The position numbers and the translations under genes were made by a program. From positions 1 to 64,000 of the forward strand of contig NIVC01003356.1 of NCBI GenBank assembly GCA_002269645.1: a stretch of 64,000 bases of DNA. The letters are read 5' to 3'. The DNA comes from Macrostomum lignano. Its lineage: Eukaryota. Each line of letters starts with the position of its first letter. Within the stretch, counting starts at the first letter, position 1. The notes below the pieces were generated by a model. The model was not told the origin of the DNA, made no database searches, and saw nothing but the letters and a program-made list of their open reading frames with translations. Below are positions 45,122 through 58,249 of the stretch, in pieces.

Positions 45122-46840
45122 CATCTCCCCATAAAGAATCGCCGCTCCCATCTCCCCATAAAAAATCGCCCCTCCCATCTCCCCATAAAAAATCGCCCCT
45201 CCCATCTCCCCATAAAGAATCGCCGCTCCCATCTCCCCATAGAGAATCGCCGCTCCCATCTCCCCATAGAGAATCGCCGCTCCCATCTCCGCATAAAGAA
45301 TCGCCGCTCCCATCTCCGCATAAAGAATCGCCGCTCCCATCTCCCCATAAAGAATCGCCGCTCCCATCTCCCCATAAAGAATCGCCCCTCCCATCTCCCC
45401 ATAGAGAATCGCCGCTCCCATCTCCGCATAAAGAATCGCCGCTCCCATCTCCGCATAAAGAATCGCCGCTCCCATCTCCCCATAAAGAATCGCCCCTCCC
45501 ATCTCCCCATAGAGAATCGCCGCTCCCATCTCCGCATAAAGAATCGCCGCTCCCATCTCCGCATAAAGAATCGCCGCTCCCATCTCCCCATAAAGAATCG
45601 CCCCTCCCATCTCCCCATAAAGAATCGCCCCTCCCATCTCCCCATAGAGAATCGCCCCTCCCATCTCCCCATAAAGAATCGCCCCTCCCATCTCCCCATA
45701 AAGAATCGCCGCTCCCATCTCCCCATAAAGAATCGCCTCTCCCAGCTCCCCATAAAAAATCGCCGCTCCCATCTCCCCATAAAGAATCGCCCCTCCCATC
45801 TTCCCATAAAGAATCGCCCCTCCCATCTCCCCATAAAGAATCGCCGCTCCCATCTTCCCATAGAGAATCGCCCCTCCCATCTCCCCATAGAGAATCGCCC
45901 CTCCCATCTCCCCATAGAGAATCGCCCCTCCCATCTCCCCATAGAGAATCGCCCCTCCCATCTCCCCATAGAGAATCGCCCCTCCCATCTCCCCATAGAG
46001 AATCGCCCCTCCCATCTCCCCATAGAGAATCGCCCTCCCATCTCCCCATAAAGAATCGCCCCTCCCATCTCCCCATAAAGAATCGCCCCTCCCATCTCCC
46101 CATAGAGAATCGCCCCCCATCTTCCCATAGAGAATCGCCCCTCCCATCTCCCCATAGAGAATCGCCGCTCCCATCTTCCCATAGAGAATCGCCGCTCCCA
46201 TCTCCGCATAAAGAATCGCCGCTCCCATCTCCGCATAAAGAATCGCCCCTCCCATCTCCCCATAAAGAATCGCCCCTCCCATCTCCCCATAGAGAATCGC
46301 CGCTCCCATCTCCGCATAAAGAATCGCCGCTCCCATCTCCGCATAAAGAATCGCCGCTCCCATCTTCCCATAGAGAATCGCCCCTCCCATCTTCCCATAG
46401 AGAATCGCCCCTCCCATCTCCCCATAGAGAATCGCCCCTCCCATCTCCCCATAAAGAATCGCCCCTCCCATCTCCCCATAAAGAATCGCCGCTCCCATCT
46501 CCGCATAAAGAATCGCCTCTCCCATCTCCCCATAGAGAATCGCCCCTCCCATCTCCCCATAAAGAATCGCCCCTCCCATCTCCCCATAGAGAATCGCCCC
46601 TCCCATCTCCCCATAAAGAATCGCCCCTCCCATCTCCCCATAAAGAATCGCCGCTCCCATCTCCCCATAAAGAATCGCCTCTCCCAGCTCCCCATAAAAA
46701 ATCGCCGCTCCCATCTCCCCATAGACAATCGCCCCTCCCATCTCCCCATAGAGAATCGCCCCTCCCATCTCCCCATAGAGAATCGCCCCTCCCATCTCCC
46801 CATAGAGAATCGCCTCCCATCTTCCTATAGAGAATCTCCC
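45122..46840. repeat. 27-bp minisatellite, right part (same orientation)
   Basis: Same unit as 43305-43907; source of the 597-655 aa repetitive ORFs. Confidence 0.97.
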
Positions 46841-48099
46841 ATCATCATGGTCATCCACATTTAAATGGGTTTGTGTTTATCCACCGGATGCACTTGGGAA
46901 GAGAAAAAAACAGGGAAAGGGATAAAATTTCGACTGTTTATTCCCGTCAGCAAAATTTTGCACCTGCCTGTTATTTTGCTAGTTTTTGGCCTAATTAGTG
47001 TTTTTGCGTCATTAGCTAAGAAAAGCTGTTAAAGGCGCTATAGGTAGATTGGGGCGCAACAGATTTTCTTATTTTGTCTTTCTGTTTATCAGCTGATTAA
47101 ATAGTGGCTAGTTGGTCGCGTGATGTTTGACTGTACGCCGGTAGTATCCTTGCTAATTCTCTCATTTAGCTGCACTCTGTCTAATTGGACAAATACTTGA
47201 CTCTGTCTGACCTAAGGATTAATAGATTGATGGGAAGTTAAAGCAAAGAAGAGACCTCTTATTGCAAGGAGATCCACAATAATATAGATTTCAGGAGGAA
47301 TAAAGCTTGCAATCAGGTTTGTAATTTGCTCTAATTTGGGCTTTTTTCGGATCTTCGACCATAAATTTAAATCCCAACCATCCGAAACCTAAAGATCCCA
47401 AAGTTGGAGAAAGATTAAAAAATCGAACTATGAAAAACTCTGATCCCAAATTCAGACTAAAACAAATTCGAAAATCCCAAAGTCAAAAAGATCCCGAAAT
47501 TCGAAAAGTTCCTAACGACAAAAAGGTTCCAAAATCAAAGAGATCTCGATGTCAAAGGATCCCAAAGTCAAAAAGATCCCGAAGTTAAAGGGATCCCAAA
47601 GTCAAGGGGACCTAAAGTCAGCAAAATCCCAGCTTGATATAAGAATCTAAGAACTCCAGATCCGATAAATTTTATTAGAGTTCCATGGCCCCTTTAAAGT
47701 GTAAACCTACGCTCGTAGAATGATAAAACATTGTTTGAGATTAGCCATACGGATGGATTGGCTTTGAGTCCTGCAGGCCCTGGAGCCCAGTTTGGTGGAA
47801 TAGAAGGGCACTGAGCTCGTGTGTGACTTGAGCAAACAGACCGTTTATATAGGCTGCTGAGCTGGCGAAAGTGATGGAACCAACTGAACCCAGTCTGCAG
47901 AGGGTTAAATGAGTTGGGAAGATGGGAACACGAGATCCTGTTGACTCAACATCTCTCTTTCTCTCGTCGTTGGGTGCCAGTTATTGAGTTTTCCTATGAG
48001 AAGATGAGAAGATTTTCACATCAGCTAAGAGTAATAAAACTGATGAAGGACAGGAGAGGACACAGTTTCATACAGGAAAGGGACAGAGTTTAAAAGGAT

Positions 48100-48412
48100 A
48101 TGATGAGGGAGAGCAAGAGATGATGAGATGGGAAGAGCAAGAGATGATGAGATGGGGAGAGCAAGAGATGATGAGACAGGGAGAGCAAGAGATGATGAAA
48201 TGGGGAGAGCAAGAGATGATGAGACAGGGAGAGCAAGAGATGATGAGACAGGGAGAGCAAGAGATGATGAAATGGGGAGAGCAAGAGATGATGAGACAGG
48301 GAGAGCAAGAGATGATGAGACAGGGAGAGCAAGAGATGATGAGACAGGGAGAGCAAGAGATGATGAGACAGGGAGAGCAAGAGATGATGAGACAGGGAGA
48401 GCAAGAGATGAG
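48100..48412. repeat. 24-bp minisatellite (~13 copies)
   Basis: GATGAGACAGGGAGAGCAAGAGAT repeated. Confidence 0.96.
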
Positions 48413-49363
48413 ACATTTTTTGAGAAAAAGAAAGTAAAATCTATAAATATTTTCAAATTTAGCCCTAGCCGCTTTGTTGCCAAGGACATGTAGGTAAACA
48501 GCGAAACTGTAATTTTTACGAGGGTAAATAGAAACATTTTTTGTCCAAGCCAAGTCAGCTGCTTATCTCAGCTTAATTAGGCCATCTGTGCTGCGGTTGC
48601 GGACGCGTCTTTAAATTGGCTAGCTTGACTCATCTTCGACTTCTCTAACTACTTAGCTTAGTTTCCTGTTTCACTATCGTGACCAGGAGTCCTCCTTGAG
48701 TCATTCTGCCAATTAACAATGCTATGGACTGTTCACGCGGACTGCTTGTGGAAAGAACTTCAGCTAGCTAAGTTGAGCAAGGAGTAAAAAATCGAGCACG
48801 TGTCGTCTTGTTGCACTTTTATGTACCTGAAAAGTAAATTATTAGAGAAAAGTAAGATACAACTAGGTGGACTCTAGGTAAACAAAAGTTTTAAATACTA
48901 ATTTTGTTACCCTTTTTCAGTCACTTTTGACAGCAAAAAAATAAACAATCAACGAGTCACCACGCACATCAGCAGCAGGCAGCACTTTGCTGATAGAGTT
49001 AATTATTATTACGGTTTTAACGGATTACATTGTCACTCTTTGGTGAGTCCATTCTTGTGTCTACCCTCTAAAGAGTGAATCTTTGGCCTTAGAAACATAA
49101 TCTCATGTTGAGAAAGTGAGAAGTGAGATCTGCTATGAGTATTACAAGGCATCATAAAGTGTCAGGGTTTTTTTACGAGCTAGGATATTAAAACTCTAGC
49201 CCTCTCTCTTGAGATTTAAAAAATCCATAAAAACTTTGCCCACTAGTTTTGCAGATTTGACAGCATGTCCCTTACTTCTGACATTAATTTTTTATTATGC
49301 CGTATAGAGTTTTGTTAAAGCTAGCTATGGTTAATTTGCTAATATCTTTGCAGACAAATATTT

Positions 49364-49935
49364 CCGATCAAACCAGCCCAACCCCCACTTCACTCACCCC
49401 TCAGTGTACATAGACTCCGATCAAACCAGCCCAACCCCTAACTTCACTCACCCCTCAGTGTACATAGACTCCGATCAAACCAGCCCAACCCCCAACTTCA
49501 CTCACCCCTCAGTGTACATAGACTCCGATCAAACCAGCCCAACCCCCAACTTCACTCACATCTCAGTGTACATAGACTCCGCTCAAACCAGCCCAACCCC
49601 TAACTTCACTCACCCCTCAGTGTACATAGACTCCGATCAAACCAGCCCAACCCCCAACTTCACTCACCCCTCAGTGTACATAGACTCCGATCAAACCAGC
49701 CCAACCCCCAACTTCACTCACATCTCAGTGTACATAGACTCCGCTCAAACCAGCCCAACCCCCAACTTCACTCACCCCTCAGTGTACATAGACTCCGCTC
49801 AAACCAGCCCAACCCCCAACTTCACTCACCCCTCAGTGTACATAGACTCCGCTCAAACCAGCCCAACCCCCAACTTCACTCACCCCTCAGTGTACATAGA
49901 CTCCGATCAAACCAATCCACAACACCCCACTTAAC
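49364..49935. repeat. 54/51-bp minisatellite (~10 copies)
   Basis: CCGATCAAACCAGCCCAACCCCCAACTTCACTCACCCCTCAGTGTACATAGACT repeated. Confidence 0.96.
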
Positions 49936-50519
49936 TCACCCTGGATGTACTTATTCTCCGACAAAACAATTTATCTCCCGACTTCAATGGGTTTAAACTG
50001 ATATTCAATTTTTTTAAATATCCAAGAAGCTTCAAGAAGCCACTTTTATGATACTTTTCTCTCTACATACGGTATTATTCCGACCTTGCTAACCTGGCGG
50101 ATAGGAACGAGGCAAGTTCAGCTGGGTTAGTTGGAGATCAATAAAATAAATTCAGCGAAGGCAGCTGAGTGGGGAGTCATTGATTTTTACGTGTTGATTT
50201 TTTTCTTTGAGACACTGCGTGTTTCTTTTTTTCTAAGCGAGAGCAAGCTTCCTCAGTCCTCTCTGCGCTCTCCCTTTTTCACTTCAAGTCTTTTTTCTCA
50301 TAAAAGTTCGCGCATGCTATTATGTTCGGAATGAAAGTTTCTTGTATAGATTCGATAAATAGTTGATGAGAAGGCAAAGTTCGTATGACTTCCCATTGTG
50401 GTTGTAAAGAAAGGACTGACATTTTAATAATGGCTTCTATGAGGAAAATTGTTTGAAACAAAGTGGACAGATTTGAGGGGGGGGGATAAAAACTGGATTT
50501 TATAAAATTGAAGCTTAAC

Positions 50520-50819
50520 CCATGAGGGGGCAGAGATGGAAAGAAATTGAAGAGAAGTACATGGGGGGAAATAACGAGTAGATGCAAAATATGTGCACTC
50601 GCAGATAGAGAAGTACAGAGGGGAGAGGGAGAGGAGAGAGGGAAGGAAGTACAATAAGAAGGAGAAGAGATGGAGAGAATTGGACAGAAGAGGGGGAGAG
50701 AAGTAGAGATGAGAGATGGCAATGAAAGTAGAGAGGGGAGTGGGAGAGAGGAAGAGAAGTAGAGAGGACAGATGGATAGAAGTACAGGGAGATAAGGAAT
50801 AGAAAAAAAAGTAGAAAGA

Positions 50820-50908
<89 letters not shown>

Positions 50909-51060
50909 AAGAGGAGAGAGGTAGAGAAGTAGAAAGGAGAAGATGGCAATGAAAGTAGAGAGGGGAGTAGGAGAGAGGGAGAGAAGTAGAAATGATAGAG
51001 GGTGAGAAGTAGAGGGGAGATAGAGATTAGGAAAGAAGTAGAAGGGATACGGAAGAAACT
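50520..51060. repeat. Polypurine low-complexity tract including (GA)n at 50823-50904
   Basis: Direct reading. Confidence 0.85.
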
Positions 51061-51639
51061 AGATTTGAGAGCAGATTACTGTCAGGATTAACACTAATCC
51101 TTTCCCCTCAACCTTTGACTCTTCCTATCAAGATTGGCTAATAGCCATAAACAAAGTAATCGTGACAAGAACAAAGGCCAAAATGCAGAATAGAATTTCT
51201 TCAAGAAAGCAAGCAATCTTATATCCTTGCTAGCCAATTTGTCATGCAAGTCAAAGCGAGGCAGGGCAAAAGAGAATAAAGGAGGGGGGGATAGTCAGTG
51301 ATAAAATGTTCTTGAGTTGTTTTCAGTCGTTAATTCTGCATTGCAAATGTGAACCAGGTGCATCAGGGTTGCTGAAGGATTCAAGGTAATTCAACACTGT
51401 TGACTAGAATTGCGTGCGTCACAGAAGGGAGACAAGACAAATGCTGAATTAATAATTTTCTTCTCAGCCAGTGGCAAGTTCGGCGCCATATCGACTTTCA
51501 TGGCGAGAAGAAAAATGATCTGCGCGTGACGATGCAAAACGAATGATTCGTTCGATAATATTTATTTTCCTTGTTTTAATTGAAATGACAGCGAATGTTA
51601 CTGTGTGTGTTGATTGACCACAGATGTGTTACTCTGGGT

Positions 51640-54182
51640 TCTGTGGCGTCAAGTTGGGGGTCAGTAGCTTCAGTTTGGGTGTCAGTAGCTTCAGTTTGGG
51701 TGTCAGTAGCTCCAGTTTGGGTGTCAGTAGCTCCAGTTTGGGTGTCAGTAGCTCCAGTTTGGGTGTCAGTAGCTTCAGTTTGGGTGTCAGTAGCTCCAGT
51801 TTGGGTGTCAGTAGCTCCAGTTCAAGTGTCAGCAACTTCAGTTTGGGTGTCAGTAGCATCAAGTTGGGTGTCAGTAGCTCCAGTTCATGTGTCAGCAACT
51901 TCAGTTTGGGTGTCAGCAACTTCAGTTTGGGTGTCAGTAGCTCCAGTTCAAGTGTCAGCAACTTCAGTTTGGGTGTCAGTAGCATCAAGTTGGGTGTCAG
52001 TAGCATCAATTTTGGGTGTCAGTAGCATCAATTTTGGGTGTCAGTAGCATCAATTTTGGGTGTCAGTAGCATCAATTTTGGGTGTCAGTAGCATCAAGTT
52101 GGGTGTCAGTAGCATCAAGTTGGGTGTCAGTAGCGTCAAGTTGGGTGTCAGTAGCATCAAGTTGGGTGTCAGTAGCATCAAGTTGGGTGTCAGTAGCATC
52201 AAGTTGGGTGTCAGTAGCATCAAGTTGGGTGTCAGTAGCATCAAGTTGGGTGTCAGTAGCATCAAGTTGGGTGTCAGTAGCATCAAGTTGGGTGTCAGTA
52301 GCATCAAGTTGGGTGTCAGTAGCATCAAGTTGGGTGTCAGTAGCATCAAGTTGGGTGTCACTTGCGTCAAATTGGGTGTCAGTAGCGTCAAGTTGGGTGT
52401 CAGTAGCATCAAGTTGGGTGTCAGTAGCATCAAGTTGGGTGTCAGTAGCATCAATTTTGGGTGTCAGTAGCATCAATTTTGGGTGTCAGTAGCATCAATT
52501 TTGGGTGTCAGTAGCATCAAGTTGGGTGTCAGTAGCATCAATTTTGGGTGTCAGTAGCATCAAGTTGGGTGTCAGTAGCATCAAGTTGGGTGTCAGTAGC
52601 GTCAAGTTGGGTGTCAGTAGCATCAAGTTGGGTGTCAGTAGCATCAAGTTGGGTGTCAGTAGCATCAAGTTGGGTGTCAGTAGCATCAAGTTGGGTGTCA
52701 GTAGCATCAAGTTGGGTGTCAGTAGCATCAAGTTGGGTGTCAGTAGCATCAAGTTGGGTGTCAGTAGCATCAAGTTGGGTGTCAGTAGCATCAAGTTGGG
52801 TGTCACTTGCGTCAAATTGGGTGTCAGTAGCGTCAAGTTGGGTGTCAGTAGCATCAAGTTGGGTGTCAGTAGCATCAAGTTGGGTGTCAGTAGCATCAAT
52901 TTTGGGTGTCAGTAGCATCAATTTTGGGTGTCAGTAGCATCAAGTTGGGTGTCAGTAGCATCAAGTTGGGTGTCAGTAGCGTCAAATTGGGTGTCAGTAG
53001 CGTCAAGTTGGGTGTCAGTAGCATCAAGTTGGGTGTCAGTAGCATCAAGTTGGGTGTCAGTAGCATCAAGTTGGGTGTCAGTAGCATCAAGTTGGGTGTC
53101 AGTAGCATCAAGTTGGGTGTCAGTAGCATCAAGTTGGGTGTCAGTAGCATCAAATTGGGTGTCAGTAGCATCAAATTGGGTGTCAGTAGCATCAAGTTGG
53201 GTGTCAGTAGCGTCAAATTGGGTGTCAGTAGCTCCAGTTTGGGTGTCAGTAGCTTCAAGTTGGGTGTCAGTAGCGTCAAATTGGGTGTCAGTAGCTTCAA
53301 GTTGGGTGTCAGTAGCATCAAATTGGGTGTCAGTAGCATCAAATTGGGTGTCAGTAGCGTCAAGTTGGGTGTCAGTAGCTCCAGTTTGGGTGTCAGTAGC
53401 TTCAAGTTGGGTGTCAGTAGCATCAAATTGGGTGTCAGTAGCATCAAGTTGGGTGTCAGTAGCATCAAATTGGGTGTCAGTAGCGTCAAGTTGGGTGTCA
53501 GTAGCATCAAATTGGGTGTCAGTAGCATCAAATTGGGTGTCAGTAGCTTCAAGTTGGGTGTCAGTAGCGTCAAATTGGGTGTCAGTAGCGTCAAATTGGG
53601 TGTCAGTAGCTCCAGTTTGGGTGTCAGTAGCTTCAAGTTGGGTGTCAGTAGCTCCAGTTTGGGTGTCAGTAGCTTCAAGTTGGGTGTCAGTAGCGTCAAA
53701 TTGGGTGTCAGTAGCGTCAAATTGGGTGTCAGTAGCTCCAGTTTGGGTGTCAGTAGCTCCAGTTTGGGTGTCAGTAGCTTCAAGTTGGGTGTCAGTAGCG
53801 TCAAATTGGGTGTCAGTAGCGTCAAATTGGGTGTCAGTAGCATCAAATTGGGTGTCAGTAGCATCAAATTGGGTGTCAGTAGCGTCAAGTTGGGTGTCAG
53901 TAGCTCCAGTTTGGGTGTCAGTAGCTTCAAGTTGGGTGTCAGTAGCGTCAAATTGGGTGTCAGTAGCGTCAAGTTGGGTGTCAGTAGCTCCAGTTTGGGT
54001 GTCAGTAGCATCAAGTTGGGTGTCAGTAGCGTCAAATTGGGTGTCAGTAGCGTCAAGTTGGGTGTCAGTAGCATCAAGTTGGGTGTCAGTAGCGTCAAAT
54101 TGGGTGTCAGTAGCGTCAAGTTGGGTGTCAGTAGCATCAAGTTGGGTGTCACTTGCGTCAAATTGGGTGTCAGTAGCGTCAA
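51640..54182. repeat. 21-bp minisatellite, ~2.5 kb (~120 copies)
   Basis: GGGTGTCAGTAGCATCAAGTT with variants; stop-free in several frames. Confidence 0.98.
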
Positions 54183-54689
54183 GGCGGATGTATTCTGGAA
54201 AAAAGTTAATTAAATCAATATGCAGTTGGTACTCGTTTCACGAGAAAGAACCTTTTTTAATTAAATCATTGCATGGGCTTCCATTATTTTTAACCATTTT
54301 TCTGCAGTACCGTCGAAATCTTATAAGTGTAACAAGAGGGTCGCGTTAAATTCGTGCAGATTCTTTTTATACGGCTGCAAAAAGCACTTAAATCCAACAG
54401 GAAAAAAAGACCGGAAGTATATTCTATTTTTTAAAGAGTTATTAAAAATAAGGTACGATATTATTCGGCCTGCTTGTCCTGTTTCTGTGGCAAGCGGCTT
54501 GGCAGGCTGGGCGGATCTGATTTACCATGCAAAATTTCCACCGAGCTGGGATTGCGGCTGGCTCTTTTGTGTCTTCAGATCCGCGACTCGATCTAGATTT
54601 GGGACTCTTGAAGCTCTTGGAAAGGGTCACCATTATTTTATGCTAGTTCAAGGAGAGGCCAAAGTAAATGCGTTCTATTCCTTAATCCA

Positions 54690-54890
54690 TGATATTGGCT
54701 AGATTAGCAATCCATTCTATTCCTTTATCCATTATGTTGGCTAGATTAGAAATCCATTATATTCCTCCATTAATAATGCTGGCTAGATTAGCAATCCATT
54801 CTATTCCTTCATCCATGATGCTGGCTAGATTAGCAATCCATTCTATTCCTTCATCCATGATGCTGGCTAGATTAGCAATCCATTCTATTA
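54690..54890. repeat. 42-bp minisatellite (~4.5 copies)
   Basis: GCTGGCTAGATTAGCAATCCATTCTATTCCTTCATCCATGAT repeated. Confidence 0.9.
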
Positions 54891-55171
54891 CATTCACCAA
54901 TTATTTAGGTTATATTAGCAATGCAATATCTTACTTTTTACACGTAATTTCAAATCAATTGAATTTTTTTCATTGAGTGGTAACGCCTACTGCTTTCTAT
55001 GACCTTTGGTATAACAATTTAAATCGAAATCGTAAACAATGCTAAAGTATTTATGGTGAAAGTTGCATATATAACTTCGAAGTAAAAGGCGGAAGTTAGC
55101 TTTCAAACTCCTTCGTTGTCTTATACTTTTAAAATAGCTTTTGAATGGTCTTCGCTTTTTATGCTGGATAA

Positions 55172-55705
55172 GACCTCCTTCACCTAACCTGCAACCCTCC
55201 TTCACCTAACCTACAACCCTCCTTCACCTAACCTACAACCCTCCTTCACCTCCATCATCCTACAACCCTCCTTCACCTAACCTACAACCCTCCTTCACCT
55301 AACCTACAACCCTCCTTCACCTAACCTACAACCCTCCTTCACCTAACCTACAACCCTCCTTCACCTAACCTACAACCCTCCTTCACCTAACCTACAACCC
55401 TCCTTCACCTAACCTACAACCCTCCCTTTACCTAACCTACAACCCTCCTTCACCTAACCTACAACCCTCCTTCACCTAACCTACAACCCTCCTTCATCTA
55501 ACCTACAACCCTCCCTTTACCTAACCTACAACCCTCCCTTCACCTAACCTACAACCCTCCTTCATCTAACCTACAACCCTCCCTTTACCTAACCTACAAC
55601 CCTCCCTTTACCTAACCTACAACCCTCCCTTTACCTAACCTACAAACTTATGCCTTCACCTAATCTACAAATCTGCCTCCACCTAATCTACAGCTTAACC
55701 TTCAC
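55172..55705. repeat. 22-bp minisatellite
   Basis: CCTCCTTCACCTAACCTACAAC repeated. Confidence 0.95.
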
Positions 55706-55829
55706 CTACTGTAACTATCCCGAATGTACGTCAATACAAAATAGCAATTGAGAAACAAACACGACAATTTTCAGGTAGCTATGCCTATCGAGGTCAACTT
55801 GAAAATAAAGTTCTCTGCGCCTCCGCATC

Positions 55830-55832
<3 letters not shown>

Positions 55833-55904
<72 letters not shown>
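55833..55904. repeat. (TC)n microsatellite
   Basis: Direct reading. Confidence 0.97.
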
Positions 55905-55908
<4 letters not shown>

Positions 55909-56428
55909 TTCCTGACCAGCAGAGATAATTAGATTATGTAATTATTTATCGATCCGCATATATTTTAGGTGGGAACAGCGGTCCCTGTGCAGACTGAAGC
56001 GTAGGAATTATATTTGTATGTATAAATGTATATTTGTTTAGTGTAGTGGATGCTACCTGAGGGTACTGAGGGTAGTATTTAATTTCCATAGCCATAGTTA
56101 GCTATGCAGATTGTAAATTTTGTACAGTATGTTGTTCAATAGAGACTGGACTTATACTGTTTATTCTTAGTAGCTAGCTTTCGCGCTTCTGTGTTACCCA
56201 TAGCTAATGCAAAGAATCGCTGTTCACAGGTGTATATGTATAGTATAATAACAGTTAGTTGCTAACATGAATATTTAATCTGATTAAACATTTCCAGTGT
56301 TCGTGTGCGTGTGTGTGCACACAGACGGTTACTCCAGCGCGTTCAACTTTCGGGGTCTACCATTATGTGCAAACTGTCAAAAAAACTTTTTTAACGTGTA
56401 ACTATAACTCGTGAAACATTACTGCTTG

Positions 56429-57655
56429 TTACACACGACTGTCAACATTCAAAGCATTGTTAGCATTATCTTTAGCAACTTCTGCTAGCAGCAGCGGCGT
56501 TTCGTTAGCATTTTTAGTTTCCTGTGATAGTTCGGTCGCTCTCTGAACTTTCGACGCGTCCGCAGCGCAGGCTTCTTCGTCGTTGTCCTCCTCTCGCTGT
56601 TGCAAAGCCAACTTTCTAGTGTTACGCTTGGTCGCTCGCCTGTTGGCATTGTTAATGTTGGAGCACTCAGGGGTGACCATCGTGTTGAAGCTGGTTCGAA
56701 ATCGACCGTCAATTGGCAGGTAGATTAGAAAGTTGATGGCGTTGTTAGTGTAGGACAGCATTAGTAAGATGTTATTCACTAGAAAGCTGGTGCCTTTGTA
56801 GTCAATGAACGAGTGCGACAGCAGGTAAACGGCACTGGGCATGGTTGTTAGCAGGTGAATTGTGCCCGAGACCAACGCCACCCTGGCTACAGACATTTGC
56901 CTCTGCCGACTGTCCGTCTGACTTCGTTTCCTGGCCGGTGTTAAGATAGACACCGAAGCTACTGACGAGTTCCGATCCACGGATGCTTTCACCGTCTGCG
57001 CCATCAGCCTGGCATGCTTCCTGATGCTAAAGAAGATGATCAAATTGAATATCAACAGCAGAGAGTCTGGAGCGAAGAAGTTCAAAATACTGTCAGCTAC
57101 CAAGTAGTACTTGAAGAAGTTGTCCCGGTACATGCAGCGTCGCGTCTCGTCGGCGTGCCAATCGTGCGACATCAACAGCGGCAAATCTTTGGCGCAGAGA
57201 ACGGCCAGGATAGCCAGCAGGACTTTCACCGCATTCCGTTTCGTCATGATGAGTCTGGCTCGCATCGGATAGGTCACTGCTAGAAATCTGTCCAACACGA
57301 TGAACACCAACACCCAGGTGGCGAAGTCAACGCACAGATACGTCAGAACGACGTGGCTTAAACAGACTGGATAGCCAAGATCCCGGATGTCAAAGCGAAA
57401 CGCCTGTTGAATCCAGTAGCGACCAACGACTAGCAGCAGGACGCAGCTGTCAGCAATCTGCAGGATGATCAGCAGGAAGTGCGTGCTCTCCTTGAACACG
57501 TCGCTATTCCAGAAGATCTTCAGGCTCAGCATGTTGCCAATGGTGCCGAATACGATTATGCATGCTCCGTAGATTGAAGCAATCACTCGAGTCACCAGGT
57601 CGCCAAACGGTGCCGCGTCTGCTAGCAATTCAGTTCCGTTGTTTGTGACGTTCAT
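56429..57655 (-). CDS. Intronless class A (rhodopsin-like) GPCR, 408 aa, peptide/FMRFamide-receptor-like
   Basis: Seven hydrophobic segments, N-terminal N-glycosylation sites (NVT, NGT), GTIGNMLS (TM1), IADSCVLL (TM2), VLDRFLAVTYP (DRY-like), TTMP (TM6), NNAINFLIY (TM7). Confidence 0.93.
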   Translation of the reverse strand: MNVTNNGTELLADAAPFGDLVTRVIASIYGACIIVFGTIGNMLSLKIFWNSDVFKESTHFLLIILQIADSCVLLLVVGRYWIQQAFRFDIRDLGYPVCLSHVVLTYLCVDFATWVLVFIVLDRFLAVTYPMRARLIMTKRNAVKVLLAILAVLCAKDLPLLMSHDWHADETRRCMYRDNFFKYYLVADSILNFFAPDSLLLIFNLIIFFSIRKHARLMAQTVKASVDRNSSVASVSILTPARKRSQTDSRQRQMSVARVALVSGTIHLLTTMPSAVYLLSHSFIDYKGTSFLVNNILLMLSYTNNAINFLIYLPIDGRFRTSFNTMVTPECSNINNANRRATKRNTRKLALQQREEDNDEEACAADASKVQRATELSQETKNANETPLLLAEVAKDNANNALNVDSRV

Positions 57656-58249
57656 TGTTTTTTTAGTTCGTGACGAAAATATCTACTCTTCCTATAGAAG
57701 AGCTTTTCTTGCTTGTCGATCTCGTTATTTAGCTCGTATTTCCAAATCTTTTGCCAATTAGAACTATCCTGAGTCGAACCCAGCCAATCAGAGGACAGAC
57801 TGCTCTTTCTCCTCACGCTTGTTCGGTTTTTAAACTCATATCTAGTTTTGTCTACTTATAGTAATAAAAAACCATAGAAAAGAGCCGGTCGCATGTTGTG
57901 CGATTAAAAAATTCGCTGTTATGATAGCCAGACTTTGAGTGTGTACATGTCTTCCTGTCGATGAGACGATCAGCTAACGCTAGCAGACATTGTCCCACAA
58001 GCAGAGCACCACTAAGGCAGTTCTGCCCCATTCCGCTGACTCCTTAGCGCACACAAGCGCACCAATACTGTGCGCCGGCACGCACTCGTACACAAGCTCA
58101 CACAGGGTGTACAGCAGCCCCTTGACTTTATAATCATCAGACATGTACACTCTCTAGATACAGTATCCAAGGCACTACTAACTTGTGACATAAATCTGTC
58201 TGCAAACTTCAATTTTTACAGATCGGAACTTTTGAATTGGTCTGTAAAA

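Noticed and set aside
44891-46858. 655/604/597-aa repetitive ORFs (MGGAILYGE etc.)
   Set aside because: All three minus frames are open only because the 27-bp unit lacks stops. There is no unique coding context or splice support, so this is a satellite artefact.
47703-47717. 15-mer AAACCTACGCTCGTA shared with ~58382
   Set aside because: Too short and without extended homology; no function can be inferred.
49404-49934. 176-aa mucin-like ORF (YIDSDQTSPTPNFTHPSV)n
   Set aside because: Coincides exactly with a 54-bp minisatellite. No signal peptide or flanking exons were found, so coding cannot be supported.
51595-54349. Long ORFs (LGVSSIK, WVSVASS, LLTPNLM repeats)
   Set aside because: These are translations of a 21-bp satellite in multiple frames and on both strands.
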